64,000 bases of DNA, taken from contig CAWEVT010000008.1 in assembly GCA_963812585.1 (NCBI GenBank), positions 24,576 through 88,575 of the forward strand, written 5' to 3'. This DNA is from an uncultured Alphaproteobacteria bacterium (GTDB taxonomy: Bacteria > Pseudomonadota > Alphaproteobacteria > Acetobacterales > Acetobacteraceae). Below are positions 37,894-49,316 of the stretch, piece by piece. The notes under the pieces were generated by a model. It did not search any database and was not told the origin of the DNA. It saw nothing but the letters and a program-made list of their open reading frames with translations. How positions within the stretch are numbered: position 1 is the stretch's first letter; each line of letters starts with the position of its first letter. Both the position numbers and the translations under genes were made by a program.

Positions 37894-38754
37894 CCGGGCT
37901 GAATGGCCTGAACGTCGATCACCTGCGATCGTGGATCGGCAGGCAGGAGACCGTGACCGATACCGTCACGCGCTTCCCGGTCGCTGCGCTGTCAGCGACG
38001 CTCGACCGCGACGATCCGCCGCCGCAGGCCGGTGATCCGCTGCCGCCGCTGTGGCACTGGCTCTACTTCCTCCCCACTGCCCGGCAATCGCTGTTGGGAC
38101 CCGACGGCCACCCGGCCCGAGGTGGCTTCCTGCCCCCCGTGCCGCTGCCCCGCCGCATGTGGGCTGGCGGCCGCTTCACCTTCCACCAGCCGCTTCGCGT
38201 CGATGCAACGATCAGCCGCACCTCCACCGTCCAGGATGTAACGGTCAAACACGGCCGCAACGGCGCCCTCTGCTTCGTTCTGGTAAAGCACGAGGTCTCC
38301 GGCCCGGACGGCCTGGCGTTGGTCGAAGAGCATGACATCGTCTATCGCGACAACCCGCCACCCAACGAGGCTCCGGCCGCGCCCCGACCGGTGCCTGCGG
38401 AGGATGATTTCCGCCGCCAGCATTCACCCGAACGACGCCCTGCTGTTTCGTTACTCGGCACTCACGTTCAACAGCCACCGCATCCACTACGACCGCCGCT
38501 ACGTCACCGAAACCGAGGGCTACCCCGGCCTGATCGTGCACGGCCCGCTGATCGCCACGCTTTTGATGGATCTGCTGCGGCGGAACACTTCGGCCACCGT
38601 CGCGACGTTCCGCTTCCGAGCCGTCAGCCCGCTATTCGATATTTCCCCGTTCTCGGTGCACGGCGCGCCCGACGGCTCGGGTGGCGTCGCGCTGTGGGCG
38701 CGCAGCGCCAGCGGGCACCTGGCGATGGAAGCGGAAGCAACGCTGGCTGCCTAA
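37890..38754 (+). pseudogene. Two-domain MaoC-like (hot-dog) dehydratase with a +1 frameshift
   Basis: The TTG 37890 start overlaps the lyase stop (cTTGA). The N-terminal domain (WHWLYFLP..RRMWAGGRFTF..) is in frame 0. The C-terminal domain (IHPNDALLFRYSALTFNSHRIHYD..GLIVHGPL..) is in frame +1. The junction is at ttccgccgCCagcatt, about 38415-38421. Confidence 0.75.
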
Positions 38755-38756
38755 AG

Positions 38757-39640
38757 ATCCTGTCGCAGTGGTGTCATGTCCAGCGCCGGCGGGCCACCCA
38801 AGTCTTCGCTTGCGGGTGACCCGTCCAGCCCTCGTCCGTCCGGCCTGTCGCAGTGGTGTCATGGCCGGCGAAGGCCGGCCACCCACGTCTTCGCTTGCGG
38901 GTGACCGGGTCGACCCTCGTCCGTCCGGCCTGTCGCAGTGGTGTCATGGCCGGCGCAGGCCGGCCACCCACGTCTTCGCTTGCGGGTGACCGGGCCGACC
39001 CTCGTCCGTCCGGCCTGTCGCAGTGACGTCATGGCCGGCGAAGGGCGGCCACCCACGTCTTCGCTTGCGGGAGACCCGGCCGGCCCTCGTCCGTCCGGCC
39101 TGTCGCAGTGATGTCATGGCCGGCGCCGGCCGGCCACCCACGTCTTCGCTGCGGGTGACCGTCCACCCTCGTCCGTCCGGCCTGTCGCAGTGGTGTCCTG
39201 GCCGGCGCCCGGATCCGTTGCTTACCGTCCAGCTCGTCGGCGGATGTCATGGCCGTGTGGCCGGCCACCCGTCTTCGCTTGCGGGTGACCGGGCCGACCC
39301 TCGTCCGTCCGGCCTGTCGCAGTGGTGTCATGGCCGGCGCAGGCCGGCCACCCACGTCTTCGCTTGCGGGTGACCCGTCCGGCCCTCGTCCGTCCGGCCT
39401 GTCGCAGTGGTGTCATGGCCGGCGCAGGCCGGCCACCCACGTCTTCGCTTGCGGGTGACCGGGCCGACCCTCGTCCGTCCGGCCCGTCGCAGTGGTGTCA
39501 TGTCCAGCGCCGGCGGGCCATCCACGTCTTCGCTTGGGGGTGACCCGTCCAGCCCTCGTCCGTCCGGCCTGTCGCAGTGGTGTCATGGCCGGCGCCGGCC
39601 GGCCATCCACGTATTCGCTTGAGGGTGGCCGGCGCCGGCC
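38757..39640. repeat. Tandem array of 10 REP-like units, 85-bp period (about 0.9 kb)
   Basis: TGTCGCAGTG starts at 38761, 38846, 38931, 39016, 39101, 39183, 39314, 39399, 39484 and 39569. One unit carries an insert of about 46 bp. Each unit holds hairpin TGGCCGGC-GNNG-GCCGGCCA. The array begins 3 nt after the MaoC-like stop and ends about 50 nt before the katG stop. Confidence 0.9.
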
Positions 39641-39691
39641 CTCACTCACTCCCCAGGCACAACAGTGCGTCCCAACTACGATCCGCCGAAA

Positions 39692-42166
<2,475 letters not shown>

Positions 42167-42178
42167 TCAATAGATGCG

Positions 42179-42193
42179 ATAGACACCGTCTAT
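42179..42193. promoter_or_regulatory. Candidate OxyR half-operator (ATAG-N7-CTAT)
   Basis: ATAGACACCGTCTAT is a perfect ATAG-N7-CTAT palindrome 22 nt upstream of the oxyR ATG, in the katG/oxyR divergent region. Only one of the two expected half-operators is clean. Confidence 0.45.
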
Positions 42194-42214
42194 GATGACA
42201 ACCCGACTGACCAG

Positions 42215-43120
42215 ATGAACCTCCGGGACCTCCGCTATCTGCTTGCCGTGGTCGAACATGAGCATTTCGGCCGCGCTGCCAAGGCCTGCGGCATCAGCCA
42301 GCCGACGCTTTCCGTGCAGGTCCGCAAGCTCGAGCAGCTGCTCGGCGTCGCGCTGTTCGAGCGCACCAACAAGATAATTACGCCGACCGTCGCCTGCGAG
42401 CAGCTGATCGGCCATGCCCGCGCCGCCGTGGCGGAGGCGGAGGCGATCCTCGCTGTGGCGCGCAACCTGCGCGACCCGCTGGCCGGGCGCTTCCGGCTCG
42501 GCATCATCCCGACGCTGGCGCCCTACCTGCTGCCGCTGGTCTTCGCGCCGCTGCGCGAGGCGCTGCCCGCGCTCGAGATCGAGCCATGGGAAGACCAGAC
42601 CACGGCGCTGCTCGAACGGTTGCGTGCGCATGAGCTGGATGCCGCACTGCTGGCGACCGAGGTGGACGGGCCGGATCTCGCGAGCCAGCCGCTCTTCGCC
42701 GAACCCTTCGTCGCGGCGTTGCCGCCCGAGCATCCGCTCGCCGGGCGTGAGGTGGTCGCCGAGGCGGACCTCGCGCGAGACATCCTGGTCCTGGCGGACG
42801 GGCATTGCCTGCGTGGCCAGGCGCTCGCGGCCTGCGGCTACAGCGGTGCGCTGGGCGGTGCGTTGCGCGCGTCGAGCCTCCCGACCTTGCTCAACATGGT
42901 GGCCGCTGGCTACGGGACGACGCTGATCCCGGGGCTCGCGACCGGGGCGGCGCAGGATGCGGGGATCGTGCTGCGGCCGCTGGCGGCGCGGGCGGGGCGG
43001 ACGGTGCGGATCGCCTGGCGCGCCCACTTTCCGCGACACGCGGTGGTCGAGGCCGTGGGCGAGGTCATCGCCGCGCGCCTGCGTGGCTTCGCGGAGAGGG
43101 CGGCGGCGGGCGTGGTCTAG
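42215..43120 (+). CDS. oxyR: LysR-family hydrogen-peroxide-sensing regulator
   Basis: 301 aa. MNLRDLRYLLAVVEHEHFGRAAKACGISQPTLSVQVRKLE. The redox Cys context is LADGHCLRGQALAACG. Divergent from katG. Confidence 0.9.
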   Translation: MNLRDLRYLLAVVEHEHFGRAAKACGISQPTLSVQVRKLEQLLGVALFERTNKIITPTVACEQLIGHARAAVAEAEAILAVARNLRDPLAGRFRLGIIPTLAPYLLPLVFAPLREALPALEIEPWEDQTTALLERLRAHELDAALLATEVDGPDLASQPLFAEPFVAALPPEHPLAGREVVAEADLARDILVLADGHCLRGQALAACGYSGALGGALRASSLPTLLNMVAAGYGTTLIPGLATGAAQDAGIVLRPLAARAGRTVRIAWRAHFPRHAVVEAVGEVIAARLRGFAERAAAGVV

Positions 43121-43191
43121 CCGCCAAAGTCATCCGGCCGGGGCGTGGCGCGCCAGGCTGAAATTCAAGACTTGCGGGGTAGCCGGGAGAC

Positions 43192-43215
43192 GGTCGCGCT
43201 TCCGAACGCGACTTT
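43192..43215 (+). terminator. Possible intrinsic terminator after oxyR
   Basis: GTCGCG-cttccgaa-CGCGAC followed by TTTT, 72 nt downstream of the oxyR stop. The stem is short (6 bp). Confidence 0.35.
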
Positions 43216-43472
43216 TGGCCGATCGGATCGACTGCGGGAGTAGGGAACGGGCGCTCACACCTCTCGCTCCGTCATGGCCTGGTTCGATGGCGGAAGCGTT
43301 TCGAAACGCACCCCTGCCTTGGCCGCCCGGAGGCAAGCGGATCCGGATGTCGGCAATAACGTTGCGCTCGCGTGCGCCCCGCTGTCGTGCGCCCCTCCGT
43401 CGGCCGATGGGTGCGCCGGGGTCGAGTTCTCTCTTCCCCCGCGCCGCGACGAGTTGCAATTGACGGCTTTGT

Positions 43473-43990
43473 TCAGTCCGCGGCGACCACCTCCGGTTCG
43501 ACGTCAAGAACGCGCTCGTTGGGGTCGATGGGCCCCAGATGCTTGACGACGCGGAACTGTCCGCCCTGCGCCTGCGCGATGTACATGTTCATGCGGACAT
43601 GGTGCTGGCCGGGAGCCATCTCGGCCGGTCCACCCGGGCCTTCCGCGATCCGCGCATGGTCGAGCGCGCGGATGACCGCATCGCGCTCGACTGTGCCCGC
43701 TTCCTTGACCGCGGCTTCCCACAGCTTCAGCGCCCGGTAGTGGCCGGTGCAGCCGCTGCCCGAAGTCAGCTTGGCGCTGCCCGGGAAGCGCGTGTCGTAA
43801 CGCTGCAAAAGCTCCCGGCTCGGGGCATCGGTCAGCTCCTGATACAGTCCAGACAGCTGTACAGGCCCTCAAACTGCTCGGCCGGCACGAGATTGACGAA
43901 GTTCTCGTCGAAATACACATGCGCCAGACCGGCCTGACGCTGCACCGCCCCAGGTGCCCGTCGCCCGCCAATCCAACTCGTCAAGACACA
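43473..43990 (-). pseudogene. 3' remnant of an AmiC/urea-type ABC substrate-binding protein gene, 5'-truncated and with a -1 frameshift
   Basis: Reads ..HVYFDENFVNLVPAEQFEGLYSCLD in one frame, then LYQELTDAPSRELLQRYDTRFPG..HYRALKLWEAAVKEAG..QHHVRMNMYIAQAQGGQFRVV.. in another. The junction is near 43841-43853. Only about 170 C-terminal codons are present. The preceding gene's stop is at 44027, so there is no room for the N-terminal half. Confidence 0.6.
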
Positions 43991-44026
43991 TTCGCAACGA
44001 GCTTTGCGACCTGCCGGCGTTGCTGC

Positions 44027-45317
44027 CTACAGGTCCGATACGGCCTTCCCGGTATTGGATAAACTCCGGTTGGCGCGCGCCACGACAGCCTCGAAAAGGA
44101 CCTGGCAACCGGCCTCGGCTTCCTCCGGCTCAATGCTCTCCGCCTCGTTGTGCGACAGGCCGTCCTTGCATGGGGTAAAGATCATTGCGGTCGGCACGTG
44201 GCGCGCCACGTAGACCGCGTCATGTCCTGCGCCGGATACAATTTCCCTCGCGGTGTAACCAAGCTTCGCGGCACCCTGACGCACCAGATCGACACACGTG
44301 GCGTCGAACGGCTGGGCCGGGATCTTGAACAACGTCGTCAGCTCGAGCGTCACCCCGCACGCCCCGGCGATCGCCTGCGCCGCCGGCGGGAACTCGGCGT
44401 CCAGCACGTCGACCTCCGCGTCGCTGGGATGGCGGAACTCAGCCGAGAACCTCACCTCCCCCGGCACCACGTTGCGGCTGTTGGGGGACACCAGAAGTTG
44501 CCCCACGGGTACCGCGCCCGTCCTCTCCACGCGCCCGCATCAAGCGGTCCACCAGATCGACGATCCGGGCCGCGCAGACCAGCGCATCCTTCCGCGCCGA
44601 GGGCGGCGTGGTCCCGGCGTGGCTGTCCTGCCCGATCGCCACCAGATCGTACCAGACCTGTGCCTGCGCACCGGTAACGACACCGATCTGCTTGCTCTCC
44701 CGTTCCAGGATCGGCCCCTGCTCGATGTGCAACTCGAAATAGGCATCCGCCTTGAACGGCGCCGCCGGCTCAGGACCGCGGTAGCCAATGCCGTCGAGCG
44801 CGGTGGCGACCGACATCCCCTCGGTATCGGTCAGCCCGTAGGCCTTATCCAAGGTGAAGATGCCCGCCCAAACTCCGGAGCCCATCAGGCTGTGGCCGAA
44901 GCGGCTGCCTTCCTCGTCCGTCCAGTTGATCAGTTCCAGCGGCGCATCGGTCACGATGCCCAGGTCGTTGAGGCTGCGCATGACCTCCAGCCCTGCGATC
45001 ACCCCCAGCGCTCCATCGAATTTCCCGCCGCTTGGCTGGCTGTCGAGATGACTGCCGAACAGCACCGGCAGCCGGTTCGGGTCGCGCCCCGGCCTTCGGG
45101 CAAACATGTTGCCGATGGCGTCGATCCGGACCGTCAACCCCAGCGCCTCACACTCCGTACGAAACTTGTCCCGCGCCCGCTTGTCGACCGCGGTCAACGT
45201 CAGGCGTCGCACGCCGCCCTTGGGAGTCGCACCGATCTCGGCAAAACCCATAAGGCTGTCCCAAAGCCGCTTGCCATCGATGCGTTGATTGGTCTGTGGC
45301 TGATTTGTCTGGTCCAT
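44027..45317 (-). pseudogene. M20-family amidase (N-carbamoyl-amino-acid / allantoate amidohydrolase type) with a +1 frameshift
   Basis: The N-terminal part from ATG 45317 reads GGVRRLTLT..GSHLDSQPSGGKFDGALGV..WTDEEGSRFG. The C-terminal part (VERTGAVPVGQLLVSPNSRNVVPGEV..SGAGHDA..) is in the +1 frame. The junction is around 44528-44536 (coding strand ..CGGGCGCGTGGAG..). Confidence 0.8.
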
Positions 45318-45361
45318 GGCGACATCTTGCCCGCGGAGCCGCTTCCTGCAAGCCTGCCTGC

Positions 45362-46132
45362 ATGAATGCACCCTCGATCATACGAAATGACGCCTTGGAC
45401 AGCCAGGAAGTCTGGCAGGCCCGGGTCGATCTTGCCGCATGCTTTCGCGCCGCCGCGCAGCTCGGGTTTAGCGAAGGCGTGTGCAACCATCTGTCGTGCA
45501 TGGTACCCGGCCGCGACGACCTGTTCCTGGTCAACCCCGACGGCTGGTCGTTCGCGGAAATCACCGCCTCCCGCTTGCTCATCTGCGATTTTCACCGCAA
45601 CGTCATCGCCGGCGACGGCGCTCCGGAAGATACCGCCTTTTACATTCACGCTCGGCTGCATGCCCGCCTGCCGCGCGCTCGAGCCGCCTTTCACACCCAC
45701 ATGCCGAACGCCACCGCGCTGACGATGGTGGAAGGCGAGCCGCTGGTCTGGGCCGGCCAGACGGCGCTGAAGTTTTATGGGCGCACGGTTGTGGACGAGA
45801 CTTATAACGGCCTCGCGCTGGACGAGTCTGAGGGCGACCGCATCGCCGCCGGCATCGGCGACGCCGACATTGTGTTCATGCGGCATCACGGTGTCCTGGT
45901 TCTCGGGCCGAGCATCGCCAAGGCGTGGGATGATTTGTATTACCTGGAGCGGGCTTGTGAGGCTCAGCGTCTGGCACAATCCACCGGCCGCGCCGTGGTG
46001 CCGGTTTCGCGCGAGATCGCTGAACTCACCGCGCGCCAGATGCGTCGCCCGGGCGGCCGCGATTCGCCCCGGCTGCACCTGGACAGCATCAAGCGCCGGC
46101 TCGAACGGGACGCTCCGGAGTACCGGCAATGA
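45362..46132 (+). CDS. Class II aldolase/adducin-family protein
   Basis: ATG 45362. GVCNHLSCMVPG..FLVNP.., AAFHTHMPNATAL, FMRHHGVLVLGPSIAKAWDDLYYLERACEAQ. Confidence 0.85.
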   Translation: MNAPSIIRNDALDSQEVWQARVDLAACFRAAAQLGFSEGVCNHLSCMVPGRDDLFLVNPDGWSFAEITASRLLICDFHRNVIAGDGAPEDTAFYIHARLHARLPRARAAFHTHMPNATALTMVEGEPLVWAGQTALKFYGRTVVDETYNGLALDESEGDRIAAGIGDADIVFMRHHGVLVLGPSIAKAWDDLYYLERACEAQRLAQSTGRAVVPVSREIAELTARQMRRPGGRDSPRLHLDSIKRRLERDAPEYRQ

Positions 46133-46191
46133 CGCTGACCCGGCGGTGACCTGGTGAGCTGCCCGATGGCCTCGATGAACGGGTTCGAGCC

Positions 46192-46608
46192 ATGAGCCGC
46201 CCCGTTCTGTTTCTGCTGGCGATGCTCAGCTTCAGCGGCTGCAAGCTGATCGACCAGCGGACATTCGCGCCGTCTCCGGAGGCGAAGGCACAGCCGGCGC
46301 CCGCCGTGCCCGCGGTGGCGATCGACCCCCGGGCACCGCTGCTGACCATCGACTACACGGTATCCTCGCCCGACTACGCCGAATTGCTGCACTATGCCGT
46401 CCGGGCGGCCGAAAACCGGGATCCAAATGTGCAATATGACGTAATCGCGGTGATGAAGGACATGTCCGAGGCCGCCGAAGGTCAGGAGCGCGCGGCCGGC
46501 GTGATGCGTGCGATCATGCGTGACAGGGTGCCGGCCAGCCGCATCCATCTCGGGCTTCGGAGCGATCCCGGCCTCGCCGCCAGCCAGGTTCGCGTCTACG
46601 TTCGCTGA
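46192..46608 (+). CDS. Small lipoprotein of unknown function
   Basis: 138 aa with lipobox LLAMLSFSG-C at the N-terminus. No recognisable domain. Confidence 0.65.
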   Translation: MSRPVLFLLAMLSFSGCKLIDQRTFAPSPEAKAQPAPAVPAVAIDPRAPLLTIDYTVSSPDYAELLHYAVRAAENRDPNVQYDVIAVMKDMSEAAEGQERAAGVMRAIMRDRVPASRIHLGLRSDPGLAASQVRVYVR

Positions 46609-46781
46609 TCGGGATTCGCCGCACGGTCAAACCGGGAGCTACACGAGCCAAGCGCAAAGCAGTCGGTTCCCGTGGACGAGGATTCGGGCTAAATCGTGCC
46701 CGCTGGCTACCTAGAACGTCTATGCGGCGCCAAGCGTCGTGCGGCATAAATAAACGCGGCATCAACTGAACGGGGTTGCAC

Positions 46782-47927
46782 ATGCTGACAAAATCCATTC
46801 GACCGGGACGCGGTCGCGGCCTGCCCGGCTCGCTGCAAGGCGCGGCGGCCACACTCGCGATCACTTTGATTGCCGCCGCCACGCCGGCGCAGGCACAGAT
46901 CCATATCGCCGTGGCGGGTCCGATCACCGGCGAGTACGCGGCTTTCGGCCAGCAGATGAAAAGCGGGGCCGAACTGGCCGTGGCCGACATCAACAATGCG
47001 GGCGGCGTGCTGGGCCAGCAACTCGTGCTCGACGTAGGCGACGACGCCTGTGACCCGAAGCAGGCGGTGTCGGTCGCCAATCAGTTCGCTTCCAAAGGCG
47101 ACAAGATGGTAGCCGGACATTTCTGCTCCGGCAGCTCGATCCCCGCGAGCAAGGTGTACTCCGAGGAGGGAATCCTGCAGATCTCCCCCGCCTCGACCAA
47201 CCCGAAATACACCGATGACGGAAGCTGGAATACGTTCCGTGTCTGCGGCCGCGATGACGACCAGGGCAAGGTCGCCGGCGACTATCTGGCCAAACATTTC
47301 AAAGACGAAAAGATCGCGATCCTGAACGACAACTCCGCCTACGGAAAGGGACTGGCTGACGAGACCGCGAAGGCGCTGCACGCGGCCGGCGGCAAGGAGA
47401 CGCTCGCAACCGCCTATACACCCGGCGAGAAGGATTATTCGTCGCTTGTCAGTCGTCTCAAGCAGGCTGGAGTCACCGTGATCTATGTCGGCGGCTACCA
47501 CACCGAGTCCGGGCTGATCATCCGTCAGGCCAAGGAGCAGGGAATGAAGGCCACCTTGGTGGGCGGCGATGCCTTGGTGACCAATGAGTTCTGGCAGATC
47601 GCCGGCGACGCCGGAAGCGGCACCATGATGACATTCCCGCCCGACCCGCGACTGATGAAGACGGCAGCCGACGTGGTGAAGGAGTTCAAGGCGAAGAACA
47701 TCGATCCGGAAGGTTACGTGCTCTACACCTACGCCGCGGTTCAGATCTGGGCGGAAGCGGTGAAGAAAGTGAACAGCACCGATCCGAAGAAGGTCGCCAC
47801 GGAACTAAAGGCCACGGGCAAGTGGCCTTCGGTCCTCGGTCCGGTCAGTTTTGACAGCAAGGGCGATACCATCGGCGGTGGCTACGTCTTTTACGTCTGG
47901 AAAGACGGTTCCTACGCCCAGATGTGA
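46782..47927 (+). CDS. Branched-chain amino acid ABC transporter substrate-binding protein (LivJ/LivK type)
   Basis: ATG 46782, signal peptide ending AQAQ, then IHIAVAGPITGEYAAFGQQMKSGAELAVADINNAGGVLG.. The permease and ATPase genes are not adjacent. Confidence 0.9.
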   Translation: MLTKSIRPGRGRGLPGSLQGAAATLAITLIAAATPAQAQIHIAVAGPITGEYAAFGQQMKSGAELAVADINNAGGVLGQQLVLDVGDDACDPKQAVSVANQFASKGDKMVAGHFCSGSSIPASKVYSEEGILQISPASTNPKYTDDGSWNTFRVCGRDDDQGKVAGDYLAKHFKDEKIAILNDNSAYGKGLADETAKALHAAGGKETLATAYTPGEKDYSSLVSRLKQAGVTVIYVGGYHTESGLIIRQAKEQGMKATLVGGDALVTNEFWQIAGDAGSGTMMTFPPDPRLMKTAADVVKEFKAKNIDPEGYVLYTYAAVQIWAEAVKKVNSTDPKKVATELKATGKWPSVLGPVSFDSKGDTIGGGYVFYVWKDGSYAQM

Positions 47928-47984
47928 CGCGGCGTCGGATCGGCGCCATCCGGACCACGGCGGGTCGGGATGGCGTCGTTCGGC

Positions 47985-48488
47985 TCAGGGACTGCCAAAG
48001 ACCTTGTGGTAGCCGCGGCCGTAATAGATCAGTCCCTCATGCGCCGTGCCGGTGCGCACTGCTTCGACCGTGCAGATGAAGATGTCGTGGGTGCCGACCT
48101 CGACCACCTGGGAAATGCGGCAATCGAACACCACCACCGCCTCGTCCAGCACCGGAGCGCCGGTCTCCAACCTTTGCCAGGCATAGCCGTCGAACCGCTC
48201 GTTCATGGTGTGCTGGGTCATGCCGGCGAACACCGGTGATAGACCCTCTTGCGCCGGAGTGAGGGTGTTCACGCACAACACACCGTTCTGCTTCATCGCC
48301 GGGTAGGAATCGTTGGTGCGATTGGCACAGACCAGCAAGGTGGGCGGCGTATCGGTCACGCTCGTGACAGCACTGGCGGTAAACCCGGCCCGTCCGCCCG
48401 GCCCATCCGTCGTGATCACGTTCACGGCGGCGCCAAGACGTGCCATCGCTTCGCGATAGGCTTGCTTCTCCACAGGCACGACAGCCAT
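47985..48488 (-). CDS. Flavin reductase (HpaC/RutF-like)
   Basis: ORF trimmed to ATG 48488, preceded by [52 protein letters not shown]. Confidence 0.85.
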   Translation of the reverse strand: MAVVPVEKQAYREAMARLGAAVNVITTDGPGGRAGFTASAVTSVTDTPPTLLVCANRTNDSYPAMKQNGVLCVNTLTPAQEGLSPVFAGMTQHTMNERFDGYAWQRLETGAPVLDEAVVVFDCRISQVVEVGTHDIFICTVEAVRTGTAHEGLIYYGRGYHKVFGSP

Positions 48489-48782
48489 CCTTCCTTGTCC
48501 ACTGGGCCACGCTTGCCCGACTGAAATCGGTCCGGCCGAGGGAGCCGCCCACCCAAGCAACCGGTCCGCGCGGGCGCTGACCGGTATGCGCGCAGGGTTG
48601 CTATGGCAGCTGCGCGCGACCGGCTGATCATGCGGCAACTTTCAAGCCCTGGCCAGCCGACGAATTGATCGGCCACCGCCATCGACAAACCGCCATGGAC
48701 AAAACGACCGTCGTCGCCGATACAATGGCGTCGCCGACCAGCGCCACGCGAAAGCCGCCGATGGGAGCGACGACCGGGCACC

Positions 48783-49316
48783 ATGCGCCGCTTGCTCATC
48801 CTGATGTTCTGTCTCGGCAACGCAGCGTTCGCCGCCCGGTCGTGGGCCGACCAGATCACGCTGTCGCCAAAGGACAGCAGGGTCGAACTCCGCATCTATG
48901 GTTTGGGCCTCCTGCCATTCGATGGAAGCTTCGACCGCTTCCATGGCTTGATGCGCTATGAGCCTGCCACTCCGGGCAAGTGCCAGGTCATCCTGGACAT
49001 CGAACCAGGCAGCCTCACGATGTCGAATGAGTCGCTTCGCGAGCTGGTCACCGGGCCCGATTTCATGGATGTGGCGCAGTTTCCGCAGCTTGCCTTCCGC
49101 GGCGGTTGCGAAGGCAACACCGTCGCCGGCGACCTGACGCTGCACGGCCAAACCCATCCCTTCACCCTGGATCTCGAACGGTCCGCCCACAGCATGGTCG
49201 TTACCGGCCATCTGAGGCGTGCGGAGTGGGGGCTCACAGCCCGCCCCCTGATGGGCGGCTCGACTATTCGCATCCGTGTCGAGATACCCAATCCGCAACC
49301 CGGATCGCACACCTGA
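48783..49316 (+). CDS. YceI-family periplasmic polyisoprenoid-binding-like protein
   Basis: 177 aa. Signal peptide, ..FDGSFDRFHGLMRY.., LTLHGQTHPFTLDL. Confidence 0.82.
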   Translation: MRRLLILMFCLGNAAFAARSWADQITLSPKDSRVELRIYGLGLLPFDGSFDRFHGLMRYEPATPGKCQVILDIEPGSLTMSNESLRELVTGPDFMDVAQFPQLAFRGGCEGNTVAGDLTLHGQTHPFTLDLERSAHSMVVTGHLRRAEWGLTARPLMGGSTIRIRVEIPNPQPGSHT

